From a virus (lineage: Duplodnaviria > Caudoviricetes): DNA of 44,250 nucleotides. The stretch is taken from the IMG/VR virus record IMGVR_UViG_3300037962_000599, positions 1 through 44,250 of that record, one strand, 5' to 3'. Below are positions 35,604-44,250 of this stretch, piece by piece. Both the position numbers and the translations under genes were made by a program. Positions within the stretch are counted from its first letter, which is position 1, and each line of letters begins with the position of its first letter. The notes beneath the pieces were generated by a model. It saw nothing but the letters and a program-made list of their open reading frames with translations. It had not been told where the DNA came from and did no database searches.

Positions 35604-37739
35604 ATGTTCGACTTGATCAGTCATTTGTGGCCACAGTTCGCGTTGGTACTCACGCCAGGTCTGGAAATGGAGGAAATTGCAGTCTGGATCTGGTTGCTTA
35701 TGATAGTAATCATGGCCGTATCAGTGATGTCTGTAATCCGACATCGTTGGCATTTCTCTCGGCGCTTGAAAAGGGTTCAGCAGCTTATCCAAGGACAGGA
35801 TCGTAACAGTCTGGCCCATAACCGTTTGGCAACGCTGCAGAAGGCGCTGGAGCAGGATTCGGACGTCACTGGGCCATTGTGGCGAGAGTTTGATGAAAGC
35901 CTAGTGTATTCAGCAGACAAGTCCCGACTTTTCAATACGCTGGAGGCCGAGCATTTTTTTAATAATTACACCCTGGCCTATGGTCTGACTTCCAGCCGCT
36001 TGCTTGCGGCTGCGCCAGCCTTCCTAACGGCTATCGGGGTGCTAGGCACCTTCCTTGGGCTGACGCTCGGACTCAATGGATTACAGATTAATGCCGGAGA
36101 TGTCGAGGCTCTGAAAGATGGCATTTCGGTGATGATCAATGGTGCGGCTGTTGCCTTCATGACCTCAATTTGGGGTGTGGCCCTCAGTTTACTGCTTAAC
36201 CTGTTTGAAAAGCTGGTAGAACGGGGGGCATTGGCAAAAATCCGTAACCTGCAGCAACGTATCGACTTCTTGTATCCGCGATTACCAGCAGAGCACTCGC
36301 TGGTCCAGATCGCAGCTGCGACTGATGAAAGCAAGGAAGCTCTGCAGGAGCTGCATGAACGTATCGGCGATCGCTTACAGGAAACTGTATCTGGTATGAG
36401 TGACTCCATGCAGCAAGCGTTTACAGATGCGATCAACACCGTGATGGCGCCCGCCATTCAGTCCTTGGTAAACAATACCAATCAGCAGTCTACGGATGTG
36501 CTGGAGAAGCTGGTGTCCGGTTTTATGGATGGTATGAAAACGGCAGGTTCAGAGCAGGGTCATCTGATGAAGAATGCTGCTGAAGAAGTCCAGCAGGCTG
36601 TGTCGGTTATGGCCGACCGCATGGAGGTATTATTCAAGCAATTAGACGAGCAGCAGAACAGGTCAAGGGAGCAGACCGAGGGCACCACAAGAGAGTTCGC
36701 ACAACTGCTCGAACAGCAGGGCGCAGATGCTGCACAGCGTCAGCAGCAGATGGAGCTACGTTTCAATCAGCTAATGGAGCAGATGGAACACAAAGTCAGT
36801 GCGCAGTTCGACAAGGCGGCCGAGGATGAGCGCAACCGAGCTGCCACCCAAGAGCAATTACAAACGCAGATGGTGGCCGGATTTCAGAGCCAACTTGAGC
36901 AGTTCAATAACGCATCGAACGGCCAGATTCAGGCTATTAGCGAAGCCTCGGCTAAACAGCAGAGCGAAATGGGCCAGGCTTTTGAATCGGCACTAGATGG
37001 GCTGCAAACACTTATAAGCAATCATACTGCAGCAGCCAGTGAACGGGAAAGCGTTATCGAGTCCCGCTTCAATAGCCAGCTCGAACGGCTTGCGGCAGAA
37101 CAGCAGCAGTTACTGTCTGCCGTGACTCAGAGTGTCCAGCAGACTCAACAGCAGATGCTTGAACTGACCAAACAGCACCAGCAGTTAATGACTGAAATGG
37201 GCGAGGTCAGCCGTTCGGTTGAGGCCAGCAGTCAGCATATGAACAACAGCTCCACCCAGTTGGGTGTGCTGTCAGCTAACCTTAAGCAAGCAGCGGACGT
37301 ATTGGATGCACGCTTGCAGACTGTAACAGAAGCACTGGCGGGAGCGTCTGATCAGAACCACGAGCTAGCCGAGCAGGTGAGTCTGCAGTCGAATACGCTC
37401 AGACAGTTACAGTCAGAACTGATCACGGCGACCCAACATTTCGAGAAGGCTGCAGTGGCTGCCGAGCAAGGCTTTGAAGTGTTTGCCAACCATCAACAGC
37501 AGTTCCTGGATGGCATCAATACTGAGTTTCAAGGGCTTGGCCAGGCGCTCAAGGAGCAGGTCGGCGGGATCGAGCAACAGGCTGATGAGTGGCTACGCAG
37601 CTACTCCACGGAGGTGCGTACTCAGGTTGGCGAGAGGATGGAGCACTGGAACAAGAATACGCTGGAGTTTTCTGATCAGATGCGGCGCACGGTGAGTGCG
37701 ATCAGTGGGATAGTGGATGATCTGGAGCAGAAAGTCTGA
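35604..37739 (+). CDS. zorA: Zorya protein ZorA (MotA/TolQ-like channel plus long helical tail)
   Basis: P.FLTAIGVLGTFLGL..GL and AFMTSIWGV TM motifs; long Q/E-rich helical C-terminus; 711 aa. Confidence 0.92.
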   Translation: MFDLISHLWPQFALVLTPGLEMEEIAVWIWLLMIVIMAVSVMSVIRHRWHFSRRLKRVQQLIQGQDRNSLAHNRLATLQKALEQDSDVTGPLWREFDESLVYSADKSRLFNTLEAEHFFNNYTLAYGLTSSRLLAAAPAFLTAIGVLGTFLGLTLGLNGLQINAGDVEALKDGISVMINGAAVAFMTSIWGVALSLLLNLFEKLVERGALAKIRNLQQRIDFLYPRLPAEHSLVQIAAATDESKEALQELHERIGDRLQETVSGMSDSMQQAFTDAINTVMAPAIQSLVNNTNQQSTDVLEKLVSGFMDGMKTAGSEQGHLMKNAAEEVQQAVSVMADRMEVLFKQLDEQQNRSREQTEGTTREFAQLLEQQGADAAQRQQQMELRFNQLMEQMEHKVSAQFDKAAEDERNRAATQEQLQTQMVAGFQSQLEQFNNASNGQIQAISEASAKQQSEMGQAFESALDGLQTLISNHTAAASERESVIESRFNSQLERLAAEQQQLLSAVTQSVQQTQQQMLELTKQHQQLMTEMGEVSRSVEASSQHMNNSSTQLGVLSANLKQAADVLDARLQTVTEALAGASDQNHELAEQVSLQSNTLRQLQSELITATQHFEKAAVAAEQGFEVFANHQQQFLDGINTEFQGLGQALKEQVGGIEQQADEWLRSYSTEVRTQVGERMEHWNKNTLEFSDQMRRTVSAISGIVDDLEQKV

Positions 37740-38503
37740 TGCGCTTTTTGAAAAAGAGTCCCGCTAATGTGGATGAGGAAAATCCCTATTGGATGTCCTT
37801 TTCCGATGTAATGTCTGCGCTGCTGATCATATTCATCCTAGCGTCGGTTGTGCTGATTATCCAACTGATGGAAATTCAAGAAGAATTAAGAAAACAGCAA
37901 CAGGAATTCAATCAGGAAATACAGGAGTTACGGCAAGCGGAGCAGGTACGTAGAACTATCCTGCATGAGGCAGCTGATTTGTTGCAACAACGAGGCATAC
38001 GCGTAACGGTGAGTGAAAATGACACTGTACTGAGTATTCCTAACGATATTCTAGGGTTTGGGACCGGTGCGCATGAGATCGGGACGGACTATCAGGGCAC
38101 AGCTGTAGAGATTGGCAGGGTGCTTAGTGAAGTCATTAATAAGGATAATCGAGTCGATTACCTAGATACGATTTTTGTTGAGGGCCACACAGACAACCGC
38201 CCACTGAACGGCTTTATGGGCAAAGGAAACTGGGGGCTGTCGGCTTTTCGAGCCATTTCGCTCTGGCAGCTATGGGATGAGCTGCTGCCCGAGCAATTCT
38301 CTTTGGATGAACTAGAGAATAAAGATAATCAGCCGCTGTTCTCAGTCAGTGGCTATGGGCCAACCCGGCCAGCTACCAGTCGACAGGATACAGAAGAGGA
38401 GCTTAGCCAGAACCGACGAATCGATATTCGCTTTACCATCAGGCGGCCGAGCAGTGCAGAGTATCGTCGGGTCAGTGAAAACCTTGAGGAAGCTATACGA
38501 TGA
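37739..38503 (+). CDS. zorB: Zorya protein ZorB (MotB/OmpA-like)
   Basis: W.SFSD.M TM with the conserved Asp, VEGHTD, NW.LS..RA, NRRI.IRF. Confidence 0.93.
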   Translation: MRFLKKSPANVDEENPYWMSFSDVMSALLIIFILASVVLIIQLMEIQEELRKQQQEFNQEIQELRQAEQVRRTILHEAADLLQQRGIRVTVSENDTVLSIPNDILGFGTGAHEIGTDYQGTAVEIGRVLSEVINKDNRVDYLDTIFVEGHTDNRPLNGFMGKGNWGLSAFRAISLWQLWDELLPEQFSLDELENKDNQPLFSVSGYGPTRPATSRQDTEEELSQNRRIDIRFTIRRPSSAEYRRVSENLEEAIR

Positions 38504-40095
38504 ATTTGCCGCCACCTGAGCTGTTAGTAATAGACTGGCCTGAAGGGTCTCTGGAGAGCTGGCCGAGGCTGACAGAACGTCTGAAGAGGGTGGCAGGAGC
38601 TGCTGGCAAAAGCGATTTGTTTTATGAAACATCCGAGCATTTGAGGCGGCTATCAAGGATCATGGATGGCCGTGTACTTGCTGACTTAATGTGCAAACGC
38701 ATTACAGCGAGGGCCATTACTCAGCTTTGGTTGGAAGATGCCGAGTTTCGCCGCAGAATGCTGAGCCCGAAAATCCTTGATATCTTGGTGAAGCAACAGC
38801 TTGGGCAGTTAGGTGTGGTTCCGCTGCAGAACTTGATTGCTTTGTACTTCCGCATGTTCGACGAGCTAGATCAGCATGGGGAAAACCTCAGAGAAGAACT
38901 TCAAGACCTCTTAGAGCAACAGCTGTCTAAACGCTTTGCACATAATTCCAGATCCTCTAGTCACCAGCGAGACTTGTTGTCCATTCTGTATTCCGAAGCG
39001 AAATGGCTTCTTTCAATCAATGGGCCCAAACACTTGGTGGATTACGTCTATGAGGAAGGTTTAGAGCTTGACCGGGCCTTCTTGCACTTCGAGCTACGAG
39101 GGCTCGATGATGGCCGGTATGCGAGTATCTGTCGGGCGCATTATTATTTGAATACCTTGAGAGAGCTGCCGGTTGGTCAGTATCACGAGGTACTGGCTGA
39201 GTTGCTCAAGCCAGCGGTCAGCCAAGCTCCCTTTGAGGACGGCAAGCGTATCGGCCATGTGGCTCTGGAAATTCTTATTGATCGGGCAGGTGATGCACCG
39301 GGTGATGAGTGGCAGAATTTCATTATGGATCTGGCGGGTGATCCACGTATCACAAGTACTGCACAGAGCTACCGTGAATGGTGGCAGCCGCTGGGCGAAG
39401 ATCGAATTGAAAAGGTGAGACGCTGGCTTTACAAGGAGGATTTGCGTTTATTTCTTAGCGCGTTGGAGCAGTTTGGCAAGGAAAGCGGTGATGCTGCCAT
39501 GCAGCGCATGTTTCCGGCTCGTAAGCGGTTTATTGAGGGGCTCGATAGACTCAAGTTGGTACGCAAAACCCGCCTGATGCTTGGAGCCAAAGCCGCGTCC
39601 GCAGTGAAGAATATTCTTGGTGATGAATTAAGAACAAACTTCGTAAGACTTTCCAATGCCAACGGCATGTCTGACAAAGCGGTTATCTATATTGATTGCG
39701 GTGATTTTTGTCTGATTGAAGGCTCCCATAACTTCAAACTGTGGGTATACCTGCGGCCACCGTGGGAGAGATTGTATAGTTACAATACTAAACAACTATC
39801 ACATTCCGAACTGACGATACGTGCCCCAAGTGGATATAAGGGACTTTACGGTGTAGATGCGCCATACGAAGCCATCACCCATAGTCCTTCGACGTGGCAC
39901 AACCGTTTTTTCAGCTTTTTGGCCGACCATGGGGTGTCTATTGATATTGAACAGTTGATGTTCCCTGATGACTACAGAAACTATTTAAGGCGGTTTGGTA
40001 TTCCCTATGTAAAGCCGCTGAAAACGCGGCTTGAACCGTTGTCAGCTTTCAGCCCAAGAAACGATCACGCAGGCGGTGGACGTAACCAAGGTTAA
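38500..40095 (+). CDS. zorC: Zorya protein ZorC (EH-signature-like)
   Basis: 531 aa between zorB and the SNF2 gene, coupled by ATGA; GDPR..., R..F..G, IEGSH and TH...W segments. Confidence 0.8.
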   Translation: MNLPPPELLVIDWPEGSLESWPRLTERLKRVAGAAGKSDLFYETSEHLRRLSRIMDGRVLADLMCKRITARAITQLWLEDAEFRRRMLSPKILDILVKQQLGQLGVVPLQNLIALYFRMFDELDQHGENLREELQDLLEQQLSKRFAHNSRSSSHQRDLLSILYSEAKWLLSINGPKHLVDYVYEEGLELDRAFLHFELRGLDDGRYASICRAHYYLNTLRELPVGQYHEVLAELLKPAVSQAPFEDGKRIGHVALEILIDRAGDAPGDEWQNFIMDLAGDPRITSTAQSYREWWQPLGEDRIEKVRRWLYKEDLRLFLSALEQFGKESGDAAMQRMFPARKRFIEGLDRLKLVRKTRLMLGAKAASAVKNILGDELRTNFVRLSNANGMSDKAVIYIDCGDFCLIEGSHNFKLWVYLRPPWERLYSYNTKQLSHSELTIRAPSGYKGLYGVDAPYEAITHSPSTWHNRFFSFLADHGVSIDIEQLMFPDDYRNYLRRFGIPYVKPLKTRLEPLSAFSPRNDHAGGGRNQG

Positions 40096-40121
40096 ATTAA
40101 GGCGAGGAGTGGCCTGAACAT

Positions 40122-43100
40122 ATGAAGAACCACCTCAGGGATCTGTTCAATTCGTTAATGTTCGGTCGGCAAGACCGAGACAGTGACATTGAGAGTACGT
40201 CGCTGCAGGTGCAAGCAGACTCAAGTGGACTAATATTTTTTGAATCTCTCCAGACCATTACCGAACTCAAGATAGGCAAAGGCTCGCCTGTTGCACAGTT
40301 GCAAATGGTTGTGCTGCAAATGTTGCTTGAGCAAGGCGATGCGGAGCCCTTGCCTAACGGCTATCGAGTGAGTTCGCGTGTTGCTGCCGCGCTTGATGAT
40401 GAACAAGCAGATTTACTCCACTTACCTAGTCGCTTTACCCATGGTTTTGTCGCTCATGTGAAAGGGCATACCCGCAACTCTGGTTTCAGAGTACAGATTT
40501 TTGCCTCCATTGATGGTCAGGAGCACCCCGTCCTCATCAAGGGGCCTTATCTCTATATTGGCCAAAGTCAGCCGTACCGTTTGACTCCAGCTGAATTGTC
40601 CGCATTTTCGGCGCTTGAAGTACATGGCAACCTGCCTTCTGATGAGGCTGGAGAAGCGGCTAACTTACGTTTGATGGCGCAACTGCAAGCAGCACGGCGC
40701 AGTGGCATGGATCTTGAGCTTGGCGCATTTAGTAATCTCAATGTGGTTGTGCCTGAAGGTATTGGTGTTGTGGCAACGCGGATGCCGGATGGCAGCCTTG
40801 AGCTTTGTCCTTCTCTGGGTGATGGTTCGACCCCGGATCAACTCGATAAGCGCTGGAGCCAGTTGGACCTAACCCGTGATGGTGGCGTGCTGCGAATAGA
40901 GGAAAGGTTGGTTCTATTAGAACCTGAAAAGATCGCTGCGGTACGTGAGGTGTTGGGTAGCCGGCGCATACCGGCTGGCAAGGTGGAAGAGTTTATCAAG
41001 ACACCCTCTGCCTTTATTGATGCGTCTCTGGTCAACCTGGATTTGGGGTTTTCAGTTCGCGTACTGGGCATTGGTAAAATGCAGCATATGGACTTCGGCC
41101 CGCTGGATGATAAAAAACGGGATTGGTTTGCGACCTCAACGCGCCCTCAGCCTCCTGAAGCGTTGCATAAACATATTACTTGTACGGAAGATCTCGATGC
41201 CTTTCAGGAACGTTTACACGCAGCCCAGCAACAAGGTGCCCAGAGCGTTGAGTTTGAAGGGGAGCAGTTTGATATCAGTGAGCCTGCCAATGTCATCAGT
41301 GTCCTTAGGAGCATAGAAGCAGGCTTTGAGCATAAACCTGTAAAACAGGAACAGGGAGGTGACGACCAGCCCGAAACCGAGAGGGTCACGCTCCTGTTAA
41401 GAGATGCGGACGAACTCAACCGTGAACTGTTGACCAAGGCGCAGCAGCAGGGCAGAACGCCGATAGTCGATGCTTCCAAGCTGCGTCGCTCTCCCTACCC
41501 GCATCAGGCTGAAGGGATCAGTTGGATGCTTGATCTGTTGCTTAAAGCTTTGGCTGACGATCATAACAATATGTATCGATTGCAAGGAGCTTTGCTGGCT
41601 GACGATATGGGCCTGGGCAAAACCTTCATGACTCTCGTGATGGCCGCAGAGTATTTGGCTATTCAGGCGGCGGCGGGCAGAACACAGAAGCCTATACTGG
41701 TGGTAGCGCCGCTCAGTTTGCTAGAAAACTGGGAAGACGAGATAGGCAAAACCTTCAAGTCCTCTCCGTTCCGGGATGTAAAGGTATTGCAAGCCGGTAG
41801 GGATCTGTCGGAGTTCCAAATCAAAGATGCCCCACGAGAGTCGCTTCAATTGGCTGATTTGCTAGATGAAAGCGATGCGATGAGCGAGGCGGATATCCGT
41901 TACTCACTGCAGATTGGACGGGAAGCAGGTATTCATCGGCTCGATATGGATAGCCGGGTAGTGTTGACTACTTACCAGACTTTGCGCGATTACCAGTTTT
42001 CGCTCTGTGTCATTGATTGGGGTGTTGTGATTTTTGATGAAGCGCAGAATATCAAGAATCCTAATACGTTGCAGACCCGGGCAGCCAAAGGGCTCAAGTC
42101 GGATTTCAAGTTGCTTGCAACCGGCACCCCAGTTGAAAACAGTCTGGGTGATTTCTGGTGTCTGATGGATACGGCACAGCCGGGTTTGCTCGGCAACTGG
42201 GCAGAGTTCCGGAGTAAATGGATTACTCCGATTTTCAAGGCTACGGACGAAGCCCGGGACCAGATGCGCATTGAGATCGGCTCGTCCCTGCGCGAAGCGG
42301 TTGGCCCATTCATGCTGCGGCGGATCAAAGAGCAGCAGCTTAAAGGTTTGCCGAGTAAATACATTCGCTCAGGGCTGCTTCAGAGCGAAGCTGAGAATCT
42401 TCAGAGGACGCCCGAATTGGCCGTAGTAATGAAAGGTACTCAGTTACAAGCGTATGACAGTGTGCTGGATAACTACCGATGCCAGCGTGCTGAGGAAGAT
42501 ATGCGTGGGCAGGCGCTTTCAGCGTTGCAGCAGTTGCGCCTTATTTCTCTGCACCCGCGCATGGGTGACAAGGACCTGCTCCGTGTGAGCGGAGCAAAAG
42601 CGGCGCGCAAGGCGATTGCAGAGTCAGCGAAATTGTCGGTGGTTCTAGAACAGCTTGATCGCATCAAGGCTAAGGGCGAGAAGGTGATTCTCTTTATGGT
42701 CACCAAGCAGCTACAAATAACGCTTAAGCTGTGGCTGAGCCAAATTTACGACCTGGACATTCATATCATTAACGGCGATACCGCAGCTGTGCAAAAAAAG
42801 CGGGACGTTCTTACCCGTAAGAAGATGATCGAACAATTCGAAGCAGCTACCGGGTTCAATATTATTATCATGTCACCGGTTGCTGCAGGTGTGGGTTTGA
42901 CAGTGGTAGGCGCTAACCACGTTATCCATGTTGAGCGGCACTGGAACCCAGCAAAAGAAGCCCAAGCAACTGATCGAGTGTACAGGATCGGGCAGACAAA
43001 GGACGTATATGTTCATCTCCCAGCTGCGCTACACCCACAGTTCGATTCCTTCGATGTACATCTTAATCGGCTACTGAGCGGTAAGCTTATGATCAAGGAT

Positions 43101-43160
43101 GCGGTGGTGACCCCGGAACCTGTGGACGAAAAAAGTATGGTTACATCTTTGGGGCTTTGA
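40122..43160 (+). CDS. zorD: Zorya protein ZorD, SNF2-family helicase/ATPase
   Basis: LADDMGLGKT, DEAQNIKN, TGTPVEN, HWNPAKE.QATDRVYRIGQ; fourth gene of the operon. Confidence 0.88.
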   Translation: MKNHLRDLFNSLMFGRQDRDSDIESTSLQVQADSSGLIFFESLQTITELKIGKGSPVAQLQMVVLQMLLEQGDAEPLPNGYRVSSRVAAALDDEQADLLHLPSRFTHGFVAHVKGHTRNSGFRVQIFASIDGQEHPVLIKGPYLYIGQSQPYRLTPAELSAFSALEVHGNLPSDEAGEAANLRLMAQLQAARRSGMDLELGAFSNLNVVVPEGIGVVATRMPDGSLELCPSLGDGSTPDQLDKRWSQLDLTRDGGVLRIEERLVLLEPEKIAAVREVLGSRRIPAGKVEEFIKTPSAFIDASLVNLDLGFSVRVLGIGKMQHMDFGPLDDKKRDWFATSTRPQPPEALHKHITCTEDLDAFQERLHAAQQQGAQSVEFEGEQFDISEPANVISVLRSIEAGFEHKPVKQEQGGDDQPETERVTLLLRDADELNRELLTKAQQQGRTPIVDASKLRRSPYPHQAEGISWMLDLLLKALADDHNNMYRLQGALLADDMGLGKTFMTLVMAAEYLAIQAAAGRTQKPILVVAPLSLLENWEDEIGKTFKSSPFRDVKVLQAGRDLSEFQIKDAPRESLQLADLLDESDAMSEADIRYSLQIGREAGIHRLDMDSRVVLTTYQTLRDYQFSLCVIDWGVVIFDEAQNIKNPNTLQTRAAKGLKSDFKLLATGTPVENSLGDFWCLMDTAQPGLLGNWAEFRSKWITPIFKATDEARDQMRIEIGSSLREAVGPFMLRRIKEQQLKGLPSKYIRSGLLQSEAENLQRTPELAVVMKGTQLQAYDSVLDNYRCQRAEEDMRGQALSALQQLRLISLHPRMGDKDLLRVSGAKAARKAIAESAKLSVVLEQLDRIKAKGEKVILFMVTKQLQITLKLWLSQIYDLDIHIINGDTAAVQKKRDVLTRKKMIEQFEAATGFNIIIMSPVAAGVGLTVVGANHVIHVERHWNPAKEAQATDRVYRIGQTKDVYVHLPAALHPQFDSFDVHLNRLLSGKLMIKDAVVTPEPVDEKSMVTSLGL

Positions 43161-43215
43161 GCCTTGGAAGCTGAGATGGTTAGTCAAGACAATTAAGGAA
43201 GAAAGGAGCATATTG

Positions 43216-43758
43216 ATGAGCGATCATAAAAAAGCAGTCCCTTTTGGACTTGAGAAAGGTGTTAAATTGGATCAGCTGTCTTTTGAAATTGAAGAGATTG
43301 GACCATGTGTTTACATGACGGTAAATCCTCCAAAGCCTCATTCAAGTTTTTCTAGTTATATTCTCAGAGTTGCCCCATGCTCTGGGCTGTATTGGATCAA
43401 GGGTGTAAGTAATGATATTAATACTGATAGCTTTGGTTCAGTATTGAAGTCAAAGGCTGATAATATGATTGATAGGCTAGAAAGAATTTACGGGGAGGCG
43501 GAGAAAGTCTCCTTTTTAAGTATGGGAACTATATGGGATGAGCCTAGAGACTTCATGAATGGCTTGCTTAATAACGAAATTCACTATGGTGCCAGATGGT
43601 CTAGTGCCTCTCACGATCTTCCAGAAGGCTTGGAAGGAATTTTTTTAGGAGTAAATGCCAATAGTTCTAATAGTGGGTATATGTTTATTGAATATGAATT
43701 TGATAATCATAATCAAGCTGAAAGAGAAATTGAAGAACTTGAGGATGATGCTCTTTGA
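43216..43758 (+). CDS. hypothetical protein (acidic, AT-rich gene)
   Basis: 180 aa with RBS AAGGAG, 55 bp after zorD. Confidence 0.7.
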   Translation: MSDHKKAVPFGLEKGVKLDQLSFEIEEIGPCVYMTVNPPKPHSSFSSYILRVAPCSGLYWIKGVSNDINTDSFGSVLKSKADNMIDRLERIYGEAEKVSFLSMGTIWDEPRDFMNGLLNNEIHYGARWSSASHDLPEGLEGIFLGVNANSSNSGYMFIEYEFDNHNQAEREIEELEDDAL

Positions 43759-43779
43759 GTGAGGGTTGTTTGTTTATTT

Positions 43780-44015
43780 CCTGAATTAAATTAATAGGTG
43801 TAGCACCTGCGGTTTCTAATGCTCCTGAATCTTCTTATAGGAATACCTGGGCTGGGGTTCGGTACCCCAGCCCCTTTCTGGGTCTATTGTTCAGCTTGTG
43901 AACAAGGCGACGCAGCTCTGTATTAGTCACCTTCTGGACATCTGTACTTTTCAGAAAATATTGCCTGATCAGCCCGTTGGTGTTCTCATTTGTCCCTCGC
44001 TGGCCTGAGCATAAG
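43780..44015 (-). mobile_element. IS30-family remnant (transposase C-terminus plus degenerate right end)
   Basis: QRGTNENTNGLIRQYF...LNNRPRK.LGY.TP..VF; minus-strand GGTGCTACACCTATTAATTTAATTCAGG at 43807-43780 resembles IS30-type termini. Confidence 0.8.
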
Positions 44016-44250
44016 GATCGCATAAATTTTTTAGGATTATAAACTGTGCGCACACAGTAAATTCTTTATACGCTGGCTGACGTGCCATAAACTGTTCCTT
44101 ATTTAACTTTTTGATGCTCCTTTTTTACCTGAGTACTAGCCTCTAAGTATACACCTGAATCCGTGAAGCCGGCGCCGACACTTTCCCTATCACCGCCAGC
44201 GAGCACTTTTTGATCATTCGCCCCGTGCAAGTTGGCTTTCGCAAGCCCGT

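Noticed and set aside
35604-38503. Flagellar motAB or a chemotaxis receptor
   Set aside because: The long helical tail on the MotA-like protein and the downstream ZorC-like and SNF2 genes fit Zorya

Overview
The window has three parts. (1) Bases 1-304 hold the end of a host gene and a tRNA-Ser(GGA). (2) An apparently intact P2-like (Peduoviridae-type) prophage of about 33.8 kb is integrated at the tRNA 3' end, bounded by a perfect 30-bp attL/attR repeat (275-304 and 34088-34117). It carries a tyrosine integrase and an early operon with a Toprim primase-helicase instead of P2 gpA, plus Ogr and TraR/DksA genes. It also has a divergent repressor/Cro-like switch with two operators and the P2-type head, tail and baseplate gene set (Q,P,O,N,M,L,X,R,S,V,W,J,I,H,FI,FII,E/E',T,U,D). 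Three Ogr-type late promoter motifs, a cos-like site and an iteron-rich candidate origin are visible. Accessory genes include an O-acyltransferase and a membrane WYL+BRCT protein. (3) Right of attR is a separate accessory region with an IS3 remnant, a four-gene type I Zorya operon (zorABCD, with no room for a C-terminal nuclease domain in ZorD), an unknown gene and an IS30 remnant. The most striking observation is a HAD-family phosphatase-like gene inside the late tail operon (11562-11951). Its last 8 residues (DGAVLTDC) copy the C-terminus of the phage's own capsid scaffold gpO (DNAVLTDC) using different synonymous codons, and follow an F|A junction like the predicted gpO-protease site in gpN. 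This suggests a cleavable scaffold-mimic tag that loads an enzyme into the capsid. All product calls come from motif recognition and synteny by eye; no searches were run. The host is probably a gammaproteobacterium (inference).
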